Assembly (NCBI GenBank): GCA_963705105.1 | Contig: CAVPIW010000005.1 | Coordinates: forward strand, 576,001-640,000 | Source: an uncultured Nitrospiraceae bacterium | GTDB lineage: Bacteria > Nitrospirota > Thermodesulfovibrionia > Thermodesulfovibrionales > Dissulfurispiraceae | Length of the DNA stretch: 64,000 nt | Reading direction: 5' to 3' | Shown here: positions 39,926 through 49,787 of the stretch, piece after piece | Position numbering within the stretch: position 1 is the first letter of the stretch | How the letters are laid out: each line of letters begins with the position of its first letter | The notes under the pieces: model-generated | Seen by the model: the letters and a program-made list of their open reading frames with translations, nothing else | Database searches by the model: none | Told to the model about the DNA's origin: nothing | Position numbers and translations under genes: made by a program

Positions 39926-40768
39926 ATGGTCACTTTCGCACAGAGCCGTGATATTGCTTTTCTCGAGGAACAGGCCCGGCGGGTACGGATCGAGATCCTG
40001 AAGATGCTCGCCAAGTCCGGCTCCGGACACACGGGCGGGTCCCTCTCTGCGGCGGACATCGTGACGGCCCTGTATTTCTATAAAATGAGACACCGCCCCG
40101 AGGAGCCTTCCTGGCCCCTGCGGGACCGGTTCATCCTCTCGAAGGGACACGCGGCGCCTCTCCTTTATGCCATGCTCGCCCTGACCGGGTATTTCGACCC
40201 TGCCCTGCTTTCAACCCTGAGAAAAATCGGGAGTCCTCTCCAGGGACATCCTTCGTCGAAGCTGCTTAAGGGCGTCGAGGTCTCGACGGGATCTCTCGGG
40301 CAGGGCCTTTCCATCGCAAACGGCATCGCTCTCGGACTGAAGATGGACGGGTCGCCGGCCCGCGTCTACTGTCTCACGGGAGACGGGGAGATCCAGGAGG
40401 GCCAGGTCTGGGAAGCCGCCATGTCAGCAAACCATTACCTGCTTGACAACGTCTGCGCTATCGTCGACCTCAACGAGCTCCAGATCGACGGCAGGTGCTC
40501 CGATGTCATGAAAATAGAACCGGTGGCAAAAAAATGGACCGCTTTCGGGTGGCACGTCTTCGAAATCGACGGACATGACATGAAGCAGATCACCGATGCC
40601 CTCGATGCGGCGGAGAGGATCAAAATGAAGCCCTCCGTCATCCTTGCCAGGACGGTCAAAGGCAAAGGAGTTTCGATCTTCGAAGGGAAGGTCGAATACC
40701 ACGGCATGGCTCCCACGGCGGAGGAACTCGAAAAGGCACTGCAGGAGCTGGGCGGCAATGGGAAGTAG
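39926..40768 (+). CDS. Transketolase, N-terminal subunit
   Basis: SGHTGGSLS, RDRFILSKGH, LQGHP, STGSLGQG, GDGE..EG..WEA. Confidence 0.96.
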   Translation: MVTFAQSRDIAFLEEQARRVRIEILKMLAKSGSGHTGGSLSAADIVTALYFYKMRHRPEEPSWPLRDRFILSKGHAAPLLYAMLALTGYFDPALLSTLRKIGSPLQGHPSSKLLKGVEVSTGSLGQGLSIANGIALGLKMDGSPARVYCLTGDGEIQEGQVWEAAMSANHYLLDNVCAIVDLNELQIDGRCSDVMKIEPVAKKWTAFGWHVFEIDGHDMKQITDALDAAERIKMKPSVILARTVKGKGVSIFEGKVEYHGMAPTAEELEKALQELGGNGK

Positions 40769-41735
40769 AGGAGAGCAGACGGAACAGACCTCCGGCTTCT
40801 GCCGGATCGCCGTGGCGACGCGTGATGCCTACGGGACGGCCCTCGTGGAACTCGGCAGGAGGAACGAGCATGTCGTCGTCCTCGATGCCGACCTCTCCTG
40901 TTCCACAAAGACCGCCAAATTCGCCTGCACCTTCCCCAAGCGGTTCTTCAACATGGGCATCTCGGAACAGGACCTCATCGGCACGGCCGCCGGACTTTCG
41001 CTGGTCGGGAAAATACCCTTCGCGTCCACGTTTGCCGTTTTCGAAACGGGAAGGGCCTGGGACCAGATCCGTCAGACCATCTGCTACTCGAACCTGAACG
41101 TGAAGCTCGCTGCGACGCACAGCGGCGTCACCGTCGGCGAGGACGGCGCCTCCCATCAGGCCCTGGAGGACATTGCCCTCATGAGGGTGCTTCCGAATAT
41201 GACCGTCATCGTGCCGACGGACGGGTTCGAAACGGCACAGGTTATCGATACCGTTGCGGAATACGTCGGTCCTGTCTATGTCAGGCTCGGCAGATCGAAG
41301 ACCCCCGGCGTCATGCCCGAGGACTACCGCTTCAGGATCGGAAAGGCCCACACCTTCAGGAAAGGCCGTGACGTGAACATAATCGCCGCCGGAACGATGG
41401 TCGCCCCTGCCCTGGAGGCTGCTGAACTGCTCGTCAGGGAAGGTGTCGACACGGGGGTGACGGCGATGCCGACGATCAAACCTCTCGATGAAGATGCCGT
41501 GCTCGAACTTGCGGAGACATCACGGCTCATCGTGACCGCCGAGGAGCATTCGATCATCGGCGGGCTCGGCAGCGCCGTATCCGAGGTGGTCTCGGAGAAG
41601 CACCCCGTCCTGGTCAGGCGTGTGGGTACCCGCGACACTTTCGGCTGTTCCGGCACCCCCCAGGAGTTGCTCAACCTCTTCGGACTTACCGCTGCCGGGA
41701 TCGTCGAAACGGCAAAGCAAGCAGTCAAATGGTAA
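40758..41735 (+). CDS. Transketolase, C-terminal subunit
   Basis: ATRDAYG, LDADL, NMGISEQ, GEDGASHQ, TIKPLD, EEHS.IGGLG. Confidence 0.96.
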   Translation: MGSRGEQTEQTSGFCRIAVATRDAYGTALVELGRRNEHVVVLDADLSCSTKTAKFACTFPKRFFNMGISEQDLIGTAAGLSLVGKIPFASTFAVFETGRAWDQIRQTICYSNLNVKLAATHSGVTVGEDGASHQALEDIALMRVLPNMTVIVPTDGFETAQVIDTVAEYVGPVYVRLGRSKTPGVMPEDYRFRIGKAHTFRKGRDVNIIAAGTMVAPALEAAELLVREGVDTGVTAMPTIKPLDEDAVLELAETSRLIVTAEEHSIIGGLGSAVSEVVSEKHPVLVRRVGTRDTFGCSGTPQELLNLFGLTAAGIVETAKQAVKW

Positions 41736-42391
41736 CATTCGAAAATGTTACGAAATACTTTGACAAACAGGTCATCTTAAGGAACATCACCTTTTCCGTC
41801 GAAAAGGGTGAGATGGCCTTCCTGACAGGGCCGACAGGAGCGGGAAAGTCGACGCTCCTCAAGCTGATGTACCGTGCCGAACGTCCCGACGAGGGAGATA
41901 TCACCGTCGGCAACTTCCATCTCGCATCGATGAAGATGTCGGAGGTCCCCCGTCTCCGGCGGACCATCGGCGTCGTCTTCCAGGATTTCAAGCTTATCGA
42001 CAATCTCACCATCTTCGACAATGTCGCCCTCGCCCTCAGGATAAGAGGCATGAATGAGGTTGAAATTAAGACGACCGTTTTCGATACCCTCAAGCGTGTC
42101 TATCTGCGCCATCTCGCAGACGGTTATCCTCCCAGGGTGTCGGGAGGGGAGCAGCAGAGGACCGTCATCGCCCGTGCCATCGTGGCGAGGCCCCAGTATC
42201 TCTTCGCTGACGAACCGACGGGAAACCTCGACCCCAATACCGCACTCGATATCATGAAACTTTTCCAGGAGATCAACATCCAGGGAACAACGGTCATCAT
42301 CGCGACGCACAACCGTGAGCTTTACCGGTATTCCGGGAAGCGGGTCATCAGGCTCGACGGCGGCGCCATCGCAGGCGAGGAGATCGGCTGA
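41729..42391 (+). CDS. ftsE: Cell division ATP-binding protein FtsE
   Basis: GPTGAGKST, IGVVFQDFKL, SGGEQQR, ADEPTGNLD; upstream of ftsX. Confidence 0.93.
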   Translation: MVTFENVTKYFDKQVILRNITFSVEKGEMAFLTGPTGAGKSTLLKLMYRAERPDEGDITVGNFHLASMKMSEVPRLRRTIGVVFQDFKLIDNLTIFDNVALALRIRGMNEVEIKTTVFDTLKRVYLRHLADGYPPRVSGGEQQRTVIARAIVARPQYLFADEPTGNLDPNTALDIMKLFQEINIQGTTVIIATHNRELYRYSGKRVIRLDGGAIAGEEIG

Positions 42392-43266
42392 TGGGGGTTC
42401 CGTACCCCTTCATATCGGCGGCGAAGAGCCTCTGGAAGGACCGGTGGATCAACCTACTCTCCATCCTTACCGTCGCGACAAGCCTTCTCATTGTGACGCT
42501 CGCCTTTATTTCTCTTTATAACTTCGACCTCTTTGCAAAACAGGTGTCCGCGAAGTTCTCAATGGTCGTCTACCTCAAAGATACGGTGAGCACTCAGGAG
42601 AGGCAGGCCGTCGTTGCAGCTCTCAAGCAGAGGCGGGAAATCGCCATGTTCAAATACATATCGAAGGACGAAGCCCTCAAGGAACTGAAGACCGCCCTGA
42701 AAGACACGGCGGCCATCATCGAAGGGCTCGGAGAAAATCCCCTCCTGCCATCTATAGAGGTGACGCTCAGGCAGGAGTTCGTCGCCGCCCAAACGGCCCG
42801 CGAGCTTGCGGAGATCATCGGGAAGATGCAGGGAGTGGACGCCGTCTCGTACGGCGAGAAGGCTGCCGAGACGATCTCACTCCTGAAACGTTCCGTCGAG
42901 GGCGCAGGCATCATTCTCCTCGTGCTCATCTCGACGGGCATCGTCTTCGTCATTTACAGCGCCGTCAAGATTCTCTTTTATCGGAGGACCGACGAGATCG
43001 AGATTCTGAAGCTCCTCGGGGCGACGTCGGGGTTCATCAGGGGGCCCTTTGTCATCGAGGGCGGGATCATCGGGATCCTTGCGGGGGTCCTCGGTGCGCT
43101 GGGGTCTTTCCTGTTTCACCTCCTCGTGACGGAACGCCTCAGCGCAGCCGCGCCCGTGCTGAAGGCCGTCGTCTTCCCGCAGGAAGTAATTCTTGCCCTG
43201 CCCGTCATTGGTCTTCTGCTCGGCATCATCGGCGCCTTCATCGCTCTCGGCAGACTCAGGCTTTGA
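42391..43266 (+). CDS. ftsX: Cell division permease FtsX
   Basis: YISKDEAL, NPL, RR.EIEI.KLLGAT..FIRGPF..EG. Confidence 0.93.
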   Translation: MGVPYPFISAAKSLWKDRWINLLSILTVATSLLIVTLAFISLYNFDLFAKQVSAKFSMVVYLKDTVSTQERQAVVAALKQRREIAMFKYISKDEALKELKTALKDTAAIIEGLGENPLLPSIEVTLRQEFVAAQTARELAEIIGKMQGVDAVSYGEKAAETISLLKRSVEGAGIILLVLISTGIVFVIYSAVKILFYRRTDEIEILKLLGATSGFIRGPFVIEGGIIGILAGVLGALGSFLFHLLVTERLSAAAPVLKAVVFPQEVILALPVIGLLLGIIGAFIALGRLRL

Positions 43267-44489
43267 TGAAAGGGCGGTACGACGGATCGGCAAAGGTGAC
43301 CGGACAAGCCATTCTCCTCATCAGCCTCGTTTTTCTCCTGTCTCTGCCGGCGCCGCCCGCCTGGGCTGAAAGCCCCCGGGATGAGTATCGCCAGATCCAG
43401 AGGGATCTCCGGAAAGAAAAGAAGAAGCTCGAATCGGTCAAGCGCGAGGAGCGTTCTGCCGTTGATGCGCTGAAGAAGGCCGAGGAGGAGCATCAGAAAA
43501 TACAGGAGCAACTGAACGCGAAACGGGGAAGCATCGCCCAGATTCAGAAAAATATGAATTCGCTCCAGTCCGAGATCAACGCCCTGAAGGATGCCCTCCG
43601 TGAACAGGGGGACCTGCTGAGGAAACGTCTGCGGACACTCCAGCGGACGAGCAGGGAGACGGACCCCCTTCTCATCGTGCTCAGCGGTGAAGACATTTCC
43701 CGGTCCCTGAGGATTGTCCGGTATCTGAGGGATATCTCAGCCCGCGACTATGCGCTGATGAACAGATACGCCCAGTCGGTGCGGAACCTCCAGGAAAGAC
43801 AGGACCGCCTCGCAAAACTCCACGGCGATCTGAAGAAAGAGGAGCGGGAGCTCGGGAAACTGGAAGACTCTCTGGAGCAGAAGAAAAAGGAGAAGCAGCT
43901 TCTGCTGGTGGCCGTAAAGAAGGAAAAATCCGCCCATGAAAACATGATCAGGGAGCTCCGTGAATCTTCATCGAGACTCCAGAGGATCATTCAGGAGTCC
44001 GAACGGAAGGAGCAGGAACAGAAACGGAAGAAAAAGGGAGAAAAGCCGAAACCGGGCGTAAAGGAGGAGCCCGAGGAGGAGAGCGCCTTCAGCCGCATGA
44101 AAGGAAGACTCCCCTGGCCGGCGAGCGGGTCCGTCACCATGCGGTACGGCTCACAGGTCGATCCCCTCTTCAATCTGCCCCTCTTCAGGAGCGGCATCCA
44201 CATCTCGACCCCCAAAGGTTCGCAGGTGAAGGCGGTGTTCGAGGGCAAGGTCGTCTATGCGGAGGAATTCAAGGGATACGGTCAGCTCGTCATTGTGAGC
44301 CACGGAGGCGGGTATCACACGCTCTATGGAAACCTGTCGAGGATTTTTTTAAGAAACGGCGCTATAATAAAGAATAGTCAGACCATAGGGGAATCCGGAG
44401 ATTCCGGTGCTGCGGGCACGCCGGGGCTCTACTTCGAGGTCCGGTACCGTGGAAAGCCCCTCGATCCCCAGCAGTGGCTGAAGAGATAG
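43263..44489 (+). CDS. envC: Murein hydrolase activator EnvC family (coiled coil + M23-like)
   Basis: Long coiled coil, KGRLPWP, GYGQLVIVSHG, LYFEVR...DP; the M23 HxH is degenerate, as in EnvC. Confidence 0.88.
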   Translation: MMKGRYDGSAKVTGQAILLISLVFLLSLPAPPAWAESPRDEYRQIQRDLRKEKKKLESVKREERSAVDALKKAEEEHQKIQEQLNAKRGSIAQIQKNMNSLQSEINALKDALREQGDLLRKRLRTLQRTSRETDPLLIVLSGEDISRSLRIVRYLRDISARDYALMNRYAQSVRNLQERQDRLAKLHGDLKKEERELGKLEDSLEQKKKEKQLLLVAVKKEKSAHENMIRELRESSSRLQRIIQESERKEQEQKRKKKGEKPKPGVKEEPEEESAFSRMKGRLPWPASGSVTMRYGSQVDPLFNLPLFRSGIHISTPKGSQVKAVFEGKVVYAEEFKGYGQLVIVSHGGGYHTLYGNLSRIFLRNGAIIKNSQTIGESGDSGAAGTPGLYFEVRYRGKPLDPQQWLKR

Positions 44490-44499
44490 ACGGAGGAGG

Positions 44500-45801
44500 A
44501 TGATGTTTCCAAAAAAGAGCTGGCTGATCGTTCCCGTAACCATATTGATCGCGGTCATGGGGGTTTTTGTGGGGCGTTGGTCCACAGAGATCGTGAGTGC
44601 CGACAACAGTTATGAGGATCTCAGGACTTTCACCGAGGTGCTGACGATCATCAAGAAGAGCTATGTCGATGAGGTGAAGACAAAGGATCTCATCAACGGC
44701 GCCGTCAAGGGGATGATCAATTCTCTTGACCCTCACTCGGGGTACCTGTCGCAGGAGGCATTCAAAGACTTTCAGGTCGAAACGAAGGGTGAATTCGGCG
44801 GCGTCGGCATACAGCTCGGGATCAAGGACGGCATCCTGACCGTCATCGCCCCCATCGAAGACACTCCGGCATACAAGGCCGGCATCAAGGCCGGCGACAA
44901 GATCGTAAAGATTTCAGCACAGCTGACCAAAGATATGGCGATTCACGATGCCGTCACGAAGATGAGAGGACCGAAGGGGACATCCGTCACGATAACGATT
45001 GTCCGTGAAGGGTGGAAGGAGCCGAAGGACTTCACCCTGGTGCGGGATATAATCAAGATCAAGAGCGTCAAGGCGAAGATGATCGACGAGGGGGTCGGGT
45101 ATATCAAACTGACTCAGTTCCAGGAGATGACGGCTTCAGAGCTCACGGCGGCGCTCGAAAAGCTGAAGAAAGAGGGGATGAGCTCTCTCATCCTCGATCT
45201 CAGGAATGACCCGGGTGGTCTTCTCAACAGCGCCGTCGAGGTGACGGAGCAGTTCCTGCCTCCCAAGAAGCTCGTCGTATCGATCAAGGGAAGGGACGGA
45301 GAGAAAAACGAGTATTATACCGACGGCGAGAAGCCTTACACGGAAACGCCGATGGTCGTGCTCGTCAATCAGGGTAGTGCAAGCGCGTCGGAAATCGTCG
45401 CCGGGGCTCTCAAGGACTGGAACAGGGCGATCATCATCGGTGTGCAGACCTTCGGCAAGGGCTCCGTCCAAAGCCTCATTCCCCTCAGTGACGGATCGGG
45501 GCTGCGCCTGACAACGGCGAAATATTACACGCCCAAGGGCACGAGCATCCAGAGCGTCGGGATAACACCCGATATCATCGTCAAGATCGAACCGAAGGAC
45601 GGCAAAGACCACACGGTCATACGGGAGAAAAACCTTGATCGTCACCTGAAGAACGAGCAGCAGCGCGACCAGGCGCCGGAGGAAGAGCTCGAAAGGATGC
45701 CCTTTGAGGTCGAAGAGAAAGACGATACCCAGCTTCAGCGCGGCATTGAGACCCTGAAAACCTGGAAGATCTTCGAGAAGATGCTCAAGAAAGCGGCGTG
45801 A
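44500..45801 (+). CDS. ctpA: S41 family carboxy-terminal processing protease
   Basis: LDPHS, PDZ, LDLRNDPGG, SASASEI, TFGKGSVQ. Confidence 0.95.
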   Translation: MMFPKKSWLIVPVTILIAVMGVFVGRWSTEIVSADNSYEDLRTFTEVLTIIKKSYVDEVKTKDLINGAVKGMINSLDPHSGYLSQEAFKDFQVETKGEFGGVGIQLGIKDGILTVIAPIEDTPAYKAGIKAGDKIVKISAQLTKDMAIHDAVTKMRGPKGTSVTITIVREGWKEPKDFTLVRDIIKIKSVKAKMIDEGVGYIKLTQFQEMTASELTAALEKLKKEGMSSLILDLRNDPGGLLNSAVEVTEQFLPPKKLVVSIKGRDGEKNEYYTDGEKPYTETPMVVLVNQGSASASEIVAGALKDWNRAIIIGVQTFGKGSVQSLIPLSDGSGLRLTTAKYYTPKGTSIQSVGITPDIIVKIEPKDGKDHTVIREKNLDRHLKNEQQRDQAPEEELERMPFEVEEKDDTQLQRGIETLKTWKIFEKMLKKAA

Positions 45802-46487
45802 GTCGCATCATTTTCGATATAGAGACGGCCGGGACGGACTTCGAAGCGCTGGACCCGGCAACACAGGAATACCTGCTGAAGTGGGCCGACAGCGAGGAAG
45901 ACAAGGGTCGGGTCCGCGAGAGTCTCTCCTTCCATCCCGTCACGGCGGAGATCATCACTATCGGGATGCTCAACCCCGACACGAACAGGGGGGTCGTCTG
46001 GTTTCAGTCACCGAACGGGCCTGTTCCTCCCTTCGAGGAGAACGGGATCAAATATGAATGCGGTGATGAGAGGGAGCTGATCGGGAAGTTCTGGACGACC
46101 GTCAAGGCCTATGACCAGTTTGTCACCTTCAACGGCAGGACCTTTGACTGTCCCTTCATCATGGTCCGTTCGGCAGTGCACGGGATCGCCCCGACGCGTA
46201 ACCTCATGCCCAACCGGTACAGCGGTCCCCACATCGATCTTCTCGACCAGCTCACTTTCTTCGGCGCCACGAGGAGATTCAACCTCGACATGTGGTGCAG
46301 GACCTTTTCGATCAGGAGCCCGAAGGAGAGCGGGATCACCGGCTACCAGGTGAAGGACCTCTTCAGGTCGGGACGAAGCGCCGACATCGCCCGCTACTGC
46401 GCGGGAGACCTCGAGGCGACAAAGGAACTGCTTCTCGTGTGGGAAAAGTACATCCGGTTTCCCCCGCAGGGCCCGGTCGGTGACTGA
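45798..46487 (+). CDS. PolB-type 3'-5' exonuclease (RNase H-like) protein
   Basis: FDIET, VTFNGRTFD, HIDL, YCAGD. Confidence 0.88.
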   Translation: MSRIIFDIETAGTDFEALDPATQEYLLKWADSEEDKGRVRESLSFHPVTAEIITIGMLNPDTNRGVVWFQSPNGPVPPFEENGIKYECGDERELIGKFWTTVKAYDQFVTFNGRTFDCPFIMVRSAVHGIAPTRNLMPNRYSGPHIDLLDQLTFFGATRRFNLDMWCRTFSIRSPKESGITGYQVKDLFRSGRSADIARYCAGDLEATKELLLVWEKYIRFPPQGPVGD

Positions 46488-46881
46488 CGACCCCGAGCCC
46501 GGTCCGGAGGCTTCGGCGGAAAGCCTTGACGACCTTCCGATCCCTGCAGAGGAGAAGCAGAGGATCGTTGCCGCACTCCTCCGCATGATGGAGATGGGTA
46601 TGAGCGGGGTCTACGGCATCGAAGACGAGGGGATACCCGATGCCGCGCCGCCTTGCTCGTCGCTGATGCAGGAGTGCAATGCCGAGTGCTGCTCCCTGTC
46701 CTTCGCTCTGACAAAGGAGGAAGTGCAGCGGGGGATCGTCGCGTATGACCCGAAAAGGCCCTTCTTCATAGCCCGCGGCGAGGACGGTTACTGCGCGCAG
46801 ATAGACAGGAAAACGTTGCGGTGCACCGTTTATGAAGACCGTCCGCTCCGCTGCAGGAGGTATGACTGCAGGCATTCTTAG
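46480..46881 (+). CDS. YkgJ family (CxxCxxCC) cysteine-cluster protein
   Basis: C...ECNAECC...GYC..ID....CTVYEDRPLRCRRYDC. Confidence 0.88.
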   Translation: MTDDPEPGPEASAESLDDLPIPAEEKQRIVAALLRMMEMGMSGVYGIEDEGIPDAAPPCSSLMQECNAECCSLSFALTKEEVQRGIVAYDPKRPFFIARGEDGYCAQIDRKTLRCTVYEDRPLRCRRYDCRHS

Positions 46882-46910
46882 ACCTGCCCGGCGCCCGACA
46901 TAAAAAAAGC

Positions 46911-46939
46911 TTGACAAACGCTGTAAAAAGCTGTATAAA
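46911..46939 (+). promoter_or_regulatory. Strong sigma70 promoter with no downstream ORF
   Basis: TTGACA-N17-TATAAA preceded by an A-tract. Confidence 0.8.
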
Positions 46940-46945
46940 TTAATC

Positions 46946-47107
46946 AAGAAGCGGGCTTACCAAAGTGGTGGTCCTGCTCTTCTTAGAACCGGCAGCCCGA
47001 TTGTGAAGTCTCAGGACGTAGGTTTCAGACGGAAGAGTCTCAGGCTGTATGTCTCAGGATGTACAATCTGCCGGGTGACGAGAGGAAGCAGGCACCACTT
47101 TTTTTTG
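46946..47107 (+). ncRNA. Candidate ~160-nt small RNA with four tandem GTCTCAGGA-like repeats
   Basis: Own promoter; AAAGTGGTG.TCCTGCT.TTC pairs with GAGGAAGCAGG.CACCACTTT; ends in a T9 tract; several GGA motifs. Confidence 0.6.
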
Positions 47108-47187
47108 TTGACTGCCTTCTCTGAGCCCGATTGTCACGCTACCTGCCGTCGGAATCAGCGTCTTTTCCTTCCTACCCGGAGTCTTTA

Positions 47188-47559
47188 CCTTTCTGTTGCA
47201 TGAAAAGGCGAGGCGAAGCGCTCTGAAAAACAGTGACAGTGTGAGTGACAGTGTCAGTGTCGGTGTCACTGCCGCTGTCTGCGGAAAGGCAGATATGGTT
47301 CAGAGCCTTTCCAATGCGATGATGAGACATCTCAAGGTGTTCAGCGCCTGTTGCCTGACGGGCATTTGGTATCAATAGACACGGCAAGGGGTGGTCTGGG
47401 GATGAACAAGGTATCTTAGCGGAAAGGCTTTTCACCACATCAGCCTTCCCGTCCGAGTGTTCGTGGCCTGGTTATGACCGTCGAATGTTTTAATGACTCA
47501 ATGACTTTATGGTGGCGCATACGCCCCGCCTTTCCCGGGAGTGTATTGCAACGATAAGG
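47188..47559. repeat. Modular element (gamma+epsilon) with nested 168-bp inner element (47283-47450), TTTA target duplication
   Basis: TTTA|CCTTTCTGTTGCATGAAAAGGCG...CGCCCCGCCTTTC...TGCAACGATAAGG|TTTA. Confidence 0.92.
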
Positions 47560-48034
47560 TTTATTGAATGATAATCTGTTGTTGCTCTCAGCAAGACTTT
47601 TTGCGCCTTCCCCCCTTTTTTCACGCAGTTGTAAGGTTTATGAAATCCCCCGGGAGAGCCCGTTGCGGACAGTGGCCGCGTTGAGGATCGTAACAATCTT
47701 TTCATCCTGATGTAACGTCCTCTTCATCTGAACTGAGTATCATATACAAAGAGACAGGATTCCCGTGATGCCGGCGCGGAATTGAAAAAAAAAACATTCT
47801 TCGGTTATACTAAAGTAATACATATCACTTACCGCCAAGAGCAGCTCTCTTTCGCACCGACCGTCACGGCACCCTGTCAACCACGAAAAATAATACAGAG
47901 CATTGGTTGTTTCCATCCGCGACGGCCGGTCCGTGCGGAGAGATGTATGCGGGCCTTTGAGCGGATGAGTGCCGGCAAGGCGCTCATATCCCATTTTCGG
48001 GGTTATCCGCTCCGGGAGGCCAGGGAGGACAATA

Positions 48035-49696
48035 ATGAAAACAGAACAGAACAAGATCGTCTATGTTATAGGGCACAGGAATCCGGATACGGATTCGGTC
48101 TGTTCGGCCATCGGCTACGCCTATTTTAAGAACATCACGGACAAGAGGTTTCTTTTTACTCCCGCAAGGGCGGGCCGGCTCAATGAGGAGACGCTGTTCG
48201 TGCTGAAAAAGTTCGGCGTGGACTCGCCGCAGGAAATGGAGAGTCTCATTCCCACCGTGAGCGACCTCGAGCTCAGGCGTCCGATCTCGATCCACACGCG
48301 GGATTCCGTGCAGTCCCTTGCGCTCCTCATACAGGAAAAGGGCCTGCAGGTCGTTCCTGCAGTGGACGACGGCGACCGGCTCGCCGGCATCGTCGGGCTC
48401 AAGGACATTGCGCGGCACTACATGAACAGCGTCGGATTTGGCGAGAGAGACAAAGCCCCTCTGTCCCTCGACATGCTCATCGGGACCCTCAACTGCCTGG
48501 TCATCAGCAATCCGCGGAAGATCGAGGCCCTGTCGGGACGGATCCATCTGGCATCACTGCAGAGGGGCACGATCATCAACAGGGTGCAGGAAGGAGACGT
48601 TGTGATCATCGGAGACCAGCACGACATCCAGATCGACCTCATCCACGCGGGGTGTTCGGCCCTTATCGTCACCGACGGGATCCCGATAAGCAGCGACGTC
48701 GTCTCTGCGGCCGAGGAAAAGGGAACGCTCCTGCTCTTGTCGCCTCATGATGCCTTTGCGACGTTCCAGCTCATGACCATGTCCGTGCCTGTTGAGACGA
48801 TCATGCATCACGGCTGCCCGACGGTATCCCTCCATTCGACGATCTCCGATCTCAGGAAGCGTATCGTCGAATCGGACTATCATTCCGCCGTCGTTGTTGA
48901 CAATGATGAGCGTCTTGTCGGCTTCGTCACGCGGACCGATCTCCTGAATCCCGTTGAGAAACGGGCGGTCCTCGTCGATCACAATGAGATATCCCAGGCC
49001 GTCGACGGGATAGAGGAGGCGGAGATACTCGAAATCATCGATCACCACCGCGTCGGCGACATTTCCACGGTCGCGCCGATCTATGTGTATAACGACCCGG
49101 TGGGGAGCACCTGCACCCTCGTGGCGGGGACCATGTTCCTTCATCAGGTGCGCATTCCCGCCGACATCGCCGGGCTTCTCCTGGCGGGCATCCTTTCCGA
49201 CACGCTCCTGCTCACCCTCTCGACGACGACGGACCGGGACCGTCAGACGGCGGAGAAGCTCGCGGAGCTTGCCGGTCTCTCCTTGAGGGAGTTCGGCAAG
49301 GAACTGCTTCACGCAAGCATCAACACCACGGGCAAGACCGCGGCTGAACTCATTGAGGCGGACTTCAAGGAGTTCCAGATCGGGGGTAAGAGCCTCGGTG
49401 TCAGCCAGATGATGGTGCTCGACTGCGAGGAGATCGACCTGATGGAGGAGGACCTCCTGTCGGAGCTCGACCGGATACGGGAGTCGAAGGGGTATGATCT
49501 CACCGCCCTGCTCGTGACGAATCCGCTCAGCTCGGGGCATGAGAGGATCCTGTTGAAGGGAGAGACGTGGCTGGTCGAGAAGGCCTTTGGCGTTGAAGTG
49601 GAAGGAGATACCTGCGTGCTTCCGGCGGTGCTTTCGAGGAAGAAGGACTTCATCCCTGCCATCGGCAGGGCGCTCAGGATGGCCGGCAGCAACTGA
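48035..49696 (+). CDS. Manganese-dependent inorganic pyrophosphatase with CBS and DRTGG domains (family II)
   Basis: GHRNPDTDS, CBS pair, DRTGG-like region, LVDHNE, IIDHH, SDT, SRKK; GGAGG RBS. Confidence 0.95.
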   Translation: MKTEQNKIVYVIGHRNPDTDSVCSAIGYAYFKNITDKRFLFTPARAGRLNEETLFVLKKFGVDSPQEMESLIPTVSDLELRRPISIHTRDSVQSLALLIQEKGLQVVPAVDDGDRLAGIVGLKDIARHYMNSVGFGERDKAPLSLDMLIGTLNCLVISNPRKIEALSGRIHLASLQRGTIINRVQEGDVVIIGDQHDIQIDLIHAGCSALIVTDGIPISSDVVSAAEEKGTLLLLSPHDAFATFQLMTMSVPVETIMHHGCPTVSLHSTISDLRKRIVESDYHSAVVVDNDERLVGFVTRTDLLNPVEKRAVLVDHNEISQAVDGIEEAEILEIIDHHRVGDISTVAPIYVYNDPVGSTCTLVAGTMFLHQVRIPADIAGLLLAGILSDTLLLTLSTTTDRDRQTAEKLAELAGLSLREFGKELLHASINTTGKTAAELIEADFKEFQIGGKSLGVSQMMVLDCEEIDLMEEDLLSELDRIRESKGYDLTALLVTNPLSSGHERILLKGETWLVEKAFGVEVEGDTCVLPAVLSRKKDFIPAIGRALRMAGSN

Positions 49697-49755
49697 CCGA
49701 TCCGGCTGGACTTCGCTCTGGTCATCGGGGGGCCTGTGATATAAAGCAGGAAAGT

Positions 49756-49781
49756 CAGGGAGGGGTGGAGACCCCTCCCTG
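49756..49781. terminator. Hairpin between convergent genes
   Basis: CAGGGAGGGGT-GGAG-ACCCCTCCCTG. Confidence 0.75.
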
Positions 49782-49787
49782 GTTGTT

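Noticed and set aside
47008..47063. Tandem 14-15-nt repeats as a CRISPR array
   Set aside because: Repeats are too short, have no unique spacers, and no cas genes are in the window.
47637..47726. 29-codon minus-strand ORF MKRTLHQDEKIVTILNAATVRNGLSRGIS
   Set aside because: No clear RBS or recognisable motif; cannot be supported from sequence alone.
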